A stretch of DNA of 64,000 nucleotides. It comes from Torpedo marmorata (Eukaryota). The notes under the pieces are model-generated. The model was not told the origin of the DNA, made no database searches, and saw nothing but the letters and a program-made list of their open reading frames with translations. Positions 27,330-39,019 of the stretch are shown here, one piece after another. A program made the translations under genes and the position numbers. The DNA is taken from assembly GCA_977017645.1 (NCBI GenBank), contig OZ360231.1, positions 47,802,001-47,866,000 on the forward strand. The letters are read 5' to 3'. The stretch's first letter is position 1. Every line of letters begins with the position of its first letter.

Positions 27330-28200
27330 TGGCAGTATTAAGAATGTAATAACAATGGTATTATTACCATCTTAATACTTTCAATAGGTTGTGTGGATTT
27401 ATCATCTTTCAGTTCCAACAGTTTCTCCAATAACTTTGTTTTGTTAATATTCATTTCTTTCAACTCTTCATCCACTCTAGACCCCTTTTCTCCACTATTT
27501 CAAGATGGATTTGTATGTCATTTTCCAGTAAGATGGACAGAAAATATTTAATTTTGCTATCATTTCCTAATTCCACAATTCCTTGTATCTCATTATGCAA
27601 CTAAGTTTTGGTAATCTTTGTCTTTTCACATAACTACAGAACCTTTTACAATCTTCTTTTACATTTCTTGCTTGATTACTCTCCTGTCAGCTTTCACTTA
27701 TTCATTTCCTGGAATGCCTTTGCTGAATTCTGAAATGCTTTCAGACTAAGCACACTTTTTGGCAACATTATTAGCCTTTTCCTTTGACCCAACACCATCT
27801 TTAACTTCGCTTATTATCCACAACTGGACAACATTTGCCCCTGTGCTTTTGTGTCTAAAACTGATAGGTGTTGAAATAATATCCTCATTCTGTTCAAGGC
27901 CATTGTAGTTCATTCCCATTCTTTGTAATGTCGCTTCCCAACTTTCCCAAAGTTGCCAACTCATGTCTCATACCCCATATGGTGCTTTATTTAGATTTAA
28001 AACTCTACTTCAGATTGAAATAAATTATTTTCAATATACTAGACAAGAATTTTACATCAAATTTAGACTCACTTTCCCTATCAGATTAACTCAACTTTTT
28101 CTTGCTGCATGATACCAAATGTAAAATCATGTTGACTTTGTCAATATTAAAACCATATTGCAAAAACATTTCTTCTATACTCCATGGATGTATCCTCCAC
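27330..28200 (-). mobile_element. Old CR1 remnant
   Basis: VVQLWIISEVKDGVGSKEKANNVAKK aligns by eye with the CR1 ORF2 linker (QPWITNEIKCNIKSK at ~36.9 kb). Confidence 0.55.
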
Positions 28201-28887
28201 ACTGTTACCATTAATTTGATCATAAGTGCAATGTGCATTCAGATCTTCAGTTTTATCATTTTACCATTTGTCTCCATACTGGTTCTAATTTAAGGTGTAC
28301 ACTTACATTTGCGTGCTCCATCACTTCATGACAGAAGAAAGTTATTAGTACCCATTTCACTACCCTGTACTCTTACCTTACTCTCTCTTTAACCTTCACA
28401 ACTTCCTGCATCAGAACCCTCTTCTGCCCCATATTTTGTCCATTTTTTGCTGCATATAATATTTTTTCAATTTCTTCCTAAACTAGATTCATAGAGCATT
28501 ACAGCAAAGTACAGGCCCTTCTGCCCACGATGTTGTGAAGATCTATATAAACCTACCCAACAATCTCAACCTTCCCGACCTCGCACCCATAATGCTCAAC
28601 CCCTGGCAATGCACTCTCGACACCCACTTCTCTCTGTGTAAAAATAATTACCCCTGACGTCTCGTATAAACTTTCCTCCCCTCACCTTATACAGTTGTCC
28701 TCTGGATTTGCTATTGTCAGCCCAAGAAAAAGGTGCTGGCTGTCCACCCTATCTCTGCCTCACAATTTCTATTCCTTTTTAAACCAAATACCATCTCCAT
28801 TTTCCAACTTAATCTTTATCAACATTTCTCCATTTCTGGTCCTTTCATTCTCAGTTGATTTTGTTGTGTCAAGTTTTTTTTTTATCT

Positions 28888-29130
28888 GGCACGGTTGGCG
28901 TAGCAGTTAGCGCAACGCTAGTACAGCGCAAGCGATCGGGACTGGGGTTCGAATCCTGCCCTGACTGTAAGGAGTTTGTACATTCTCCCCGTGTCTGCGT
29001 GGGTTTCCTCCGGGCGCTCCGGTTTCCTCCCACCATCCGAAACGTACCGGGGTTGTAGGTCAATTGGGTGTAATTGGGCAGCACGGGCTCATGGGCCGAA
29101 AGGGCCTATTACCGTGCTGTATGTCTAAAT
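28888..29130 (+). mobile_element. tRNA-derived V-SINE (HE1-like), full length
   Basis: TGGCGTAGCAGTTAGCGC A-box, GGTTCGAATCC B-box, V-core GAGTTTGTACATTCTCCCCGTGTCTGCGTGGGTTTCCTCC and tail GGGCCGAAAGGGCC...GTGCTGTAT. Confidence 0.88.
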
Positions 29131-29696
29131 TTTTTTTTAATTTAAAAATTTCAATTTAAATTTTAAAAATTTAAAGAACTGAATAAACTATTCCAAAGCA
29201 GTCCAAATTTCAAAAACCCTAAAATAAAATCAAAAGCAAAATCATTAATTCCTTGTCTCTTTTGTAAAATTTACGTGGAACAATCCAAGTTTTGCACTGG
29301 TCACTGAAGCTTGTCATTGCCTTTCTTTGAGGTCCCCTGACAATGAATCAAATACCTCCAATCTCAAAAGCTCAGCCTATCATCTCAAACCTCAATTAGT
29401 GCCGACTTCATCATGAATATGAGAGCATAATTTGTGAATAAATTGTTAAAATAAAAGCACATCAGCCTATTCAGTTTTTTGTGGACGACATCGAGGGAGT
29501 TTCTTCTCCCCTCATCACTAACCCATCAACAACTAGAAGTACTTCAAAAGGGCATCCATCTGTCCATTGCCCAAGTTGTGCAAGGTGACGTGCCTCAATG
29601 ACTAGCGGCCAGGGGCACTGACATCTACCGTGATGAAGGGTTTTGGATTATCAACCTCCCCTCCTCAATGCTGACCATCGATGCTGTCCTCTACTC

Positions 29697-29929
29697 CAAC
29701 CATTCTCAACTTTTTTTTGGCTATGACCCCCTTAGGACTCTGCTCAAAGTTTCTGGGCCCCCTCCCCTGTGAAGCAATCAGATTTTGGTTTCTTCCGTAC
29801 TTCTCCTACCGACTACATAAAAAGCATTAAAATATTTATGCTATGCCGAGGTGAAAAGAAAATAAGGCTTTTACTTAAATGTGCTGTTGCTCCCAGGGAG
29901 GGGCAGTGGGCCCCCATTGAGAATGTCTG
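29697..29929. mobile_element. hAT MITE inserted in a Rex1 remnant (~29660-30330, minus)
   Basis: 8-bp TSD CTCTACTC (29689-29696, 29930-29937) and TIRs CAACCATTCTCAA / TTGAGAATGTCTG. Confidence 0.85.
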
Positions 29930-32369
29930 CTCTACTCTATATTCCTTGTGGTTCCTCAGCCTCTCCTTCCTAAAATCAACAATTAGCACCTTGGTCTTTG
30001 TGACAGTGAGAGAAAGATTGTTATTCTGGCACCACCCAGCCAGAATCTCAATCTCCATCCTGTATGCTGACTCATCATTATCATTTATTCAGCCAACAAT
30101 GGTGGTGTCATCAGCAAATTTGTAGATTGAGTTGGAGCTGAACTTCGATACGCAGTCGTGGGTGTATAATAGAGTCAGCATGGAGGTGGTGATGTTGCCG
30201 ATCCGCACTGATTGCGGTCTGCCAATGAGGAAGTTCAAGGATCCAGTTGCAGAGGGATGGACAGAGTCCTAGGTCTTTTAGTCTCGCTGGTACAATGGTG
30301 CTAAACAGTGAGCTGCAGTCAACGAACACCAACTTAATGATGGTGTTCCACCTAACTTTCATGTCATTGGCAAACCTGGAAACCTGATCCTCTGACCTTG
30401 CCTCTATTTTATACAAGCCACAATAATTGAGGGAAAGACAGCAAATACATGTGGCAAAAAGTACCGTATGTGGTGAATTTGAGTTGCAGGAAATTTTACA
30501 ATGATGTGACAAGCACGATTGTCTTGTCCGTCAGTGTTTTTTGAGAATCCAGATATTCCTGTAATTGATTATATGAAGTGGCCCTTCTTCCATAAAGATG
30601 CATCAAGATGCTGGATAGCAACAAAAAAAAATGAAAAGCCCAGAACATTGGGTACAGGTTTGGTCCACATCAAAAAAAAAAGGATAAACTTGCCATAAAA
30701 GTTCATCAGACCAAAGTCTGAAAAGTTTGTATTGATTCTGGCAATATTCATCAGAGTTCAGAACAACAGAATACAATATTATGAAATGTGCCACATTTTA
30801 AACAGGGTACAGCTGTAAAAGTTGCTGTCTTCAGCAACCAGGGAAAATCCTAATCCCTAGTACTACCTATGAAGTCTGCAAGATCTCCCAGTAACCACGT
30901 GGGTTTCCTCCCATATCCCAACGACATGTGCATATTGTTAATTGGCCACTGTAAATTATTCCTAGAGGGGTGGAAATACAATGAGAGATTGCAAATGCTA
31001 GAATCTGGAGCAAAACACAATCTGCTGGAGGAACTCAGTGGTCAAGTGGCATCAAGTGGGAGAAAAAGGTCAAGACCAAGTCTTACCAAAGGGTTCTGAC
31101 CCAAACCATTTTCTCCCAATGATGCTGCTCGACACACTGAGGTCCTCCAGCAGATTGCGTTTTGTTCCTAGATGGTTGTTGAGTGGTAGAATCAGTAGCT
31201 GGGGATAGGTTGATGGGAATGTGGAAAGATTAGTGCAGGATTGCTATTGATAATGCTGGATGATTGTCCGAGATGCAATGAGCCAAAGTGCCTGCTTCCA
31301 TGTTGCACGCCTCTGTGGCTCCACACACTGCATGCAAGGAGGATGCATCTTCTTTGGAAGCAGGGGTCACAGTCTCAACAGATTGCTTTAGGGCTGAGAT
31401 GAGGAGTAATTTCTTCACTAAGAGGGCAATGAAGCTGTGAAATTCTTTACCACGCAAGGGTATGGAAGACAAATTGCTGAAATACTATTAATCAGTGGAT
31501 AGATTTTTAAATACAAAATAGGGTGTGCAGGAATTATAACATTGAGAGACAAGATTAGATTTCATAGTCAAATGACAGAGAGTGTTTGAAGGGCTGAATG
31601 GCCTATTTGTGTTTCCACTTTTCTTTGAACTCAGAGGACTGGTACATCATTACCTACTATATGTCTGACCTGAGGGGGTCTGCTGCTGGCATGGTGTAAG
31701 GATTGCCATAAGAACATAGGAGCAGAAATAGGCTATTCAGCCCATTGAGTCTTCCCTGCCATTTAATCGTGAGCTGATCCATTTTCCCAACAGCCCCACT
31801 GCCTGGCCTTCTCCCCATAACCTTTAATGCCCTGACTAAATCAAGAATCTATCAATCTCTGCCTTCAAATACACCCAATGACCCTGCCTCCACAAAGGCC
31901 TGTGGCAACAAATTCCACAGATTTACCACCCTCTGGCTGAAGAAATTCCTCCGCATCTCTGTTCCAAGTAGACACCCTTCAATCCTGAAGTTGTGCCCTT
32001 TTGTCCTAGACTCTCCCATCTACTGTCTATGCCTTTCAACATTCTAAATGTTTCAATGAGATCTCTCCCCCCTCCCCCATTCTCCTAAATTCCAACAAAT
32101 GCAGGCCAAGAGCTGTCAAACGCTCCTCATAAGATAACCCTTTCATTTCCGGAATCAACTTTGGGAAACTCCTATGAATCCTCTCCAAAGTCAACACATC
32201 TTTCCTTAAATGAGGCGCCCAAAACTGCTCACAATACTCCAAGTGAGGTCTCACCAGTGCCTTATAAAGCCTCAACATCACATCCTGCTCGTATATTCTA
32301 TTCCTCTTGAAATGAATGCCAGCGTTGCATTTACCTTCTTCACCACTGACTCAACCTGCAAGTTTACCT

Positions 32370-33416
32370 AAAAACCACAAATGCTGGAGAACTCAGCAGG
32401 TCAAACAGTGTCTTTTATGTAGCAAAGGTAGAAATACATAACCGACGTTTCGGGCTTGAGCCCTTCATCAAAGTATGAGAAAATGCCGGCAGGTGTCCGA
32501 ACAAAGGAGTGAGGGGGGAAGGGGGGTGGGAAAGGCAGGAGATGATAGGTGGAGAAAGGAGGGAGGGGACAGCAGCAAAGAGGGGGAGGAGGGATGGCTG
32601 GGTGGGTGGAAAAAAACAGGAAGGACAGGTGAGGGGGGAGGGGAAGGGAACAACAAGCAGGTTTAGTGGAAAGCAGAAAAGTCAATGTTAATGCCATCTG
32701 GCTGGAGAGTGCCGAGACAGAATATGAGATGTTGTTCCTCCGATTTGCGAGTAGTCTGGGTGGGATAGTACATGAGGCCATGGACAGACATGTGAGTGTG
32801 GGAGTGTGACCCAGAATTGAAATGGTTGGCTACTGGGAGGTCGCTGTTGTTGCGGACGGAGAGGAGGTGCTCAGCAAAGCGGTCTCCCAATCTACGACCG
32901 GTCTCTCCAATGTATATAAAGTCACAAAGGGAGCACCCGATGCAGTAAATAAGTCCTCTGGATGTACAAGCCTCATGTACTATCCTACCCAGACTACTCG
33001 CAAATTGGAGGAACAACATCTCATATTCCGTCTCGGCACTCTCCAGCCAGATGGCATTAACATTGACTTTTCTGCTTTCCACTAAACCTGCTTGTTGTTC
33101 CCTTCCCCTCCCCCCTCACCTGTCCTTCCTGTTTTTTTCCACCCACCCAGCCATCCCTCCTCCCGCTCTTTGCTGCTGTCCCCTCCCTCCTTTCTCCACC
33201 TATCATCTCCTGCCTTTCCCACCCCCCTTCCCCCCTCACTCCTTTGTTCGGACGCCTGCCGGCATTTTCTCATACTTTGATGAAGGGCTCAAGCCCGAAA
33301 CGTCGGTTATGTATTTCTACCTTTGCTACATAAAAGACACTGTTTGACCTGCTGAGTTCTCCAGCATTTGTGTTTTTTACTTCATCCACGGTGTCTACAG
33401 ATTTTCGTGTTTACTT
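32370..33416. mobile_element. Palindromic Penelope insertion (two head-to-head 3' ends)
   Basis: Near-perfect ~410-bp inverted arms 32370-32778 and 32970-33378, with a 14-bp TSD CTGCAAGTTTACCT (32356-32369, 33417-33430). Confidence 0.92.
33277..33306 (+). ncRNA. Minimal hammerhead ribozyme-like motif in Penelope tail
   Basis: TTGATGA-A-GGGC TCAA GCCC-GAAACGTC: core boxes around a 4-bp stem II. PLE tails are known to carry minimal hammerheads. Mirror copy at 32442-32471 (minus). Confidence 0.6.
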
Positions 33417-33831
33417 CTGCAAGTTTACCTTCAGGCTATCCTGCACGAGAACTCCCAAGTCCCTTTGCATCTGGGCATTTTCAATTTTCTCCCCATTAAA
33501 AAAAAAATAATCTGACCATTTATTTTTTCTACCAAAGTGCAAGACTGTATTTCATTTGCAACTTCTCTGCCCATTCTCCTAATCTGTCTTAAATCCATCT
33601 GCAGCCTCTGTTTCTTCAACACTACCTGCTCCTCCACCTACCTTTGTATCATCTGCAAACTTGGCCACAAAGCCATTCATTCCATAATCCAAATAATTGA
33701 TATACAAGGTAAAAAGAAGCTGCCCCAACACCAACCCCTGTGGTTCACCACTAACAACTGGCAGCTAACCAGAAGATGATTCCTGCCAATCAACCAATGC
33801 TCTACCAACGATAGTATGTTTTCTGATATAG

Positions 33832-34205
33832 CAGTGGTTTTCAAACTGCCCCCCTAAACTCACATTCCACCTTAAGCAATCCCTATGCCATAAGTGCTCT
33901 GTGATTGGTAAGGGATTGCTTAAGGTGGTATGTGAGTGGGAAGGGAAGGTTGAGAACCACTGCTCTAAAGCCAATTGTTACTGAAATATTTTGCTTGAGA
34001 AAAATCGTCATTGCCCATTTCCTTTGGAGTTATGAAACCGTGCACATAACGAGTCAATTAGGTACGATGAAAACAGTGGTTTTCAAACTTTTTCTTCCCA
34101 CTCACATACCACCATAAGCAATCCCTTACTAATCACAGAGCACTTATGGCATAGGGATTGCTTAAAGTGGAATGTGAGTTTAGGGGGGCAGTTTGAAAAC
34201 TGCTG
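33832..34205. mobile_element. Dimeric hAT (Charlie-like) MITE
   Basis: CAGTGGTTTTCAAAC termini and two ~130-bp inverted units around a ~110-bp spacer. Same structure at 62289-62634. Confidence 0.85.
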
Positions 34206-34372
34206 TTATAGCATGGGCTCTTGTCCTGTTAAGTAGCCTCATGTACAGCACTTTGTCAAAGACCTTCTGAAAAACCAAATACACAACATCCACTGCATCT
34301 CCTTTATCTAGCCTGCTTGTCACTTCTTCAAAGAATTTCAATGGGTTGGTCAAGCAAGGTTTTCCCTTAAGG

Positions 34373-34464
34373 CAGTGGTTCTCAACCTATGTCATTGGTG
34401 CTCTGTGGTTTGTAAGGGATTACTTAAGGTGGTATGAGTAAAAAAAAAAGGTTGAGAACCACAG
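34373..34464. mobile_element. Monomeric hAT MITE related to the dimer unit
   Basis: CAGTGGTTCTCAACC...GGTTGAGAACCACAG with TSD CCTTAAGG/CGTTAAGG. Confidence 0.75.
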
Positions 34465-34995
34465 CGTTAAGGAAACCATGCTGGCTTTGGCCTATCTTGT
34501 CATGTGCCTCCAAATACTCCGTAACTTCATTCTTGAAAATCGACTCCAACATCTTCCCAACCACTGACGTCAGGCTAACCGGTCTATAATTTCCTTTCTA
34601 CTGCCTCCCTCCCTTCTAGATTAGTGGGGTGATATTTGTGATTTTCAGTCCTCCAGGACCATACCAGAATCTATGGATTCCTGAAATATTACCAATGCCT
34701 CCACAATCGAGGGTGTAATCCATCTGGTCCAGGAGACTTATCTACTCTTAGACCATTCAGCTTTCTGAGCACCTTCTCCCTTGAAATAGTAACTGCATCC
34801 ACTTCTCTTCCCTGATATCCTTTGACATCTGGCACACTGCCAGTGTCTTCCATAGTGAACACTAATGCAAAGTACTCAGTTAGTTTCTCTGCCATCTCCT
34901 TGTCTCCCATTATTATAGACAATAGAAGCTGGAGTAGGCCCTTCGGCCCGTCAAGCCAGCACCGCCATTTTACAGATCATGGCTGATCACTACTA

Positions 34996-37929
34996 TCAGT
35001 ACACCTTTCCAACCTTATCCCCATAACCCTTAACTCCCCTGCCCACTAGAGTCTTATCTAACTCTCTTTTGAACATAATCAGCGAATCTGCCTCTACCAC
35101 CCTCTGTGGCAAAGCATTCCACAGATTCACTCTTCTCTGGGTAAAAAATTTTTTACTCATCTCCGTCCTAAAGGGCCTTCCCTGTATTCTTAAACTATGC
35201 CCTCTAGTCCTCGTCTCTCCCATCATTGGGAACAAGTAATCTGATTCCACCCTGTCTATCCCCTTGATAATCTTGTATACCTCAATCATGTCCCCCCTCA
35301 TCCTTCTAAACTCCATCGGATATAAGCCCAGTTTTTCTAACCTTTCAGCATACGTCAATCCTGCCATCCCGGGAACTAACCTTGTAAATCTGAGCTGCAC
35401 ACCCTCAATAGCTAGTATGTCCTTCCTCAAATTTGGGGAGCAGAACTGGACGCAATACTCCAGGTGAGGTCTCACCAAGGCCCTGTACAACTGCAGGAGG
35501 GCATCTCTGCTCCTATACTCCAATCCCCTCTTTATGAAAGCCAACATACCATTTGCCTTCTTCACAGCTTTATGAACCTGCATGTTAGCCTTCAGTGACT
35601 GGAGTACAAGTACACCCAGATCCATTTGCACTTCCCCACTCCCTAGCTTGTCTCCATTTAAATAATACTCAGCTTTCCTATTACTGCCCCCAAAATGGAT
35701 AACCTCACATTTGCTCACATTGAACTTCATCTTCCATTCCTCAGCCCACTCCCCCAACCTGTCCAAGTCCCTCTGCATTTTCCTGACATCCTCCTCACAC
35801 TTTACACCGCCACCCAATTTAGTGTCGTCTGCACATTTGCTCATGTTATTAATAATCCCTTCATCCAAATCATTTACATAAATGATAAACAACTGAGGAC
35901 CCAACACCGATCCCTGCGGCACTCCACTTGTCACATCCTGCCATCCTGAAAATGACCCGCTTATCCCAACCCTTTATTTCCTATTTCTTAACCAATTTCC
36001 TATCCATGTCAGCACCTTACCTCCAATACCATGCTCCCTGATCTTGCCCACTAGTCTCTTGTGCGGGACCTTATCAAAGCCCTTCTGGAAGTCCAAATAC
36101 ACCACATCCACTGGCTCTCCCAAGTCCACCCTCTTTGAAAAATTCCAGAAGGTTAGTCAAGCATGATTTACCCTTAAGGAATCCATGCTGACTAGCCCCT
36201 ATACTATTACTTCTGCCTAAGTGTTCTGCTGTTACTCCTTTTATGATAGATTCCAATATCTTCCCCACCACTGACGTCAGGCTGACCGGTCTATAATTTC
36301 CTGTTTTCTCCCTCCCTTCTTAAAAAGCAGCACCACATCAGCCACTCTCCAATCCACAGGGACCTCTCCCGAATCTATGGAACTTTGGAAAATGTCGAAC
36401 AGTGCCTCCACAATTTCCAGAGCAACCTCTTTAAGCACCTTGGGATGCAGCCCATCAGGCCCTGGGGATTTATCAGCCCTCAGTCCCAACAATTTACTCA
36501 CAACCTCCTGCTTCTGGATCTGGATATCCATCAGATTCCCTACTTCCCTAGGAAAGTTCCCCAAGTCTCTTGATACTGCATGACCACTACCCCCTAACTG
36601 ACCATAACCTATATCCTCCTTGGTGAAGACAGATGCAAAGTATCTGTTAAATTCCTCAGCCATTTCCTTGTTTCCAGTAATAATTTCACACTTTTCCATT
36701 TTTAATGGCCCAATTTTAGTCCGAACCAATTTCTTCTTCACATATCTAAAAAAGCTTTTGCTATCCTCTATTATATTATTTGCTAATTTCCTCTCGTACT
36801 TCATTTTTCCCTCTCGTATGACTTTCTTAGTTACCCTCTGATGTTTTTTGAAGGTTTCCCAATCCTCTAACTTCCCACTCTGCTTCGCTATCTTATACTT
36901 ACTCCCTTTGGACTTGATATTGCACTTGATTTCGTTAGTTATCCACGGCTGCCATTTGCATCTCCTAGAGCCTTTCCTCCACTTTGGAATGAATTTGTCC
37001 TGAATCCTGAGAAAAATGCCCATAAATACCTGCCATTTTTCCCCAGTTGTCCTCCCAGCTAGGGTATCTTTCCATTTTATTTTGGCTAGCTCCTCCCTCG
37101 TAGCTGCATAATCCCCTTTATTTAACTGCAGTACTGATGCTTCCAACTTCCTTTCTTTTTCCCTTTCCATTTGCAGATTAAAAGTAACCATACTATGGTC
37201 ACTATTCCCTAATGGCACCCCTACTTCGAGGTCACTTATTAACTCTGCATCGCTGCACAGCACCAAGTCCAGAATCGACTTCCCCCTGGTAGGTTCCTCC
37301 ACTAGCTGCTCCAAGAATGTATCTCGGAGACATTCTATAAACTCACTCTCTTGCTTTCCTGCCCCCGCCTGATTTTCCCAGTCCACCTTCAAGTCCCCCA
37401 TAACTACCGTATTGCTACCACTTTGACATGCCACTCTTAATTCTTGATTTATACTACTTCCTATATCTGAGCTACTTTTTGGAGGCCTGTAAATGACCCC
37501 CATTATGGTCTTCATGTCTTTGCAATTTCTTAATTTTATCCAAACAGACTCTACCCCACCTGTTTCAATGTATTTCCTTTCAAACGCCTGAATTTCATTT
37601 CTTACCAACAGAGCTACCCCACCTCCTCTTCCTAACTTTCTGTCCTTTCTATAGGACGTGTACCCTGGAACATTTATTTCCCAATCCTGCCCCTCCTGCA
37701 GCCATGTCTCTGTTACTCCGATAATGTCATAACCTCCTATTGCCATTTGCGCTTCAAGCTCATTCATTTTATTCCTTACACTCTGTGCATTCATATACAA
37801 TACCTTGATACCATACCTCCCTTCTCCCTCCACCTTTGTTCCTGATGCACCCGCCCCTACTCTCCTATCCCTTTTTGTTCCCTTTTTCCTTATGGTTTCA
37901 CCGTCTATCGGAACCACCCCTATATTCAC
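34996..37929 (-). pseudogene. CR1 ORF2 (AP endonuclease + reverse transcriptase), frameshifted
   Basis: IIGVTETWL, GGGVALLV, GVIYRPP, LGNSDH, KSPGPDG, QHGFLKGKSCLTNL, GVPQGSVLGP and CADD, split over three ORFs. Confidence 0.92.
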
Positions 37930-37976
37930 TCTCCTATCCGTTTCCCTATCAGTCTGGTTCCCTTCCCCCTGCCAAT

Positions 37977-39019
37977 TTAGTTTAAATCAAACCCAACAGC
38001 ATTATTAAACCTAACTGCCAGTATATTGGCCCCCTTTGTATTCAGATGTAAACCATCCCTCCTGTAGAGGTCTTGTCTCCCCCAGAATAGATCCCAATGG
38101 TCTATGAACCTGAATCCCTGCACTCTGCACCATTCCTTCAGCCACACATTTAACCTCCTGATTTTATTATTTTTCCCCCACCCCCACACAGCACAGGTAG
38201 CAGCCCCGAGATTACGATCCTGGATGTCCCGCTTCTTAACCTCCTTCCTAGCTCATGGTAGTCCCTCTTCAGGATCTCCTCCTCCATTTTATCCACGTCA
38301 TTTGTACCCACGTGTATCAAGACATCCGGCCGCTCACCTTCTCCTCCCAGGATACTCTGAACCCTATCCGAGATATCTCGCACCCTGACTCCTGGGAGGC
38401 AACACACCATGCGGGAACACTTGTCAGGTTCGCAGAATCTTCTGTCTGTTCCCCTGACAATGGAGTCCCCAATGACCACCATGTTCCTCTTCCTTCCTTT
38501 CCGCACCACCGGCTCCCTTGGCCCAACCTCTGGCAGGTTATCTTCCCCAACGTCATCCAATACAGTATATTTGTTGCTAAGAGCAGTAGCCACCAGGGTG
38601 CTCACCACTGACCTAGCAACTTTCCCCCCTCCCCTGACAGTAGTCCACTTACCTGACCCCCCCCCCAATCCAGGGGTAAACACTTCCCTGAACATCGTAT
38701 CTATAAATTCCTCACTCTCCCTGATAAGCCGCAGATCATCAAGCTGCAACTCCATTTCTTTAATTTTATTCTTTAATACTTGTGTCCCGTTACATCCCCT
38801 GCAGGTATGCCCTGTGGGAAGGTTTAAGGTCCTCTCACTTACCTCCTCACTCTCTCTGACGAGCCTTAGGTCATCAAGTTGGAGCTCCAGTTCACCAACT
38901 CGGTCCCTAAGGAACCCCACCTCGTCGAACCTGGCACAGATATGGCCATTTGGGAGGGTGGAAGTCACCCATGGCTCCCACATCTGGCAACTTGAGCAGA
39001 GCACTAACCCCATAGGCAT
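37977..39019 (-). pseudogene. CR1 ORF1 (Cys motif/coiled coil + SGNH/GDSL esterase), frameshifted near the C-terminus
   Basis: VVIGDSIVRG, CCLPGVRVRDI and IHVGTND, continuing as LYRRDGLHLN in ORF 37977-38189. Confidence 0.88.

Noticed and set aside
28888-28965. tRNA gene
   Set aside because: tRNA-derived SINE head followed by the V-core and a LINE tail.
32663-33085. Overlapping sense and antisense ORFs with matching C-termini
   Set aside because: A direct consequence of the inverted duplication, not two genes.
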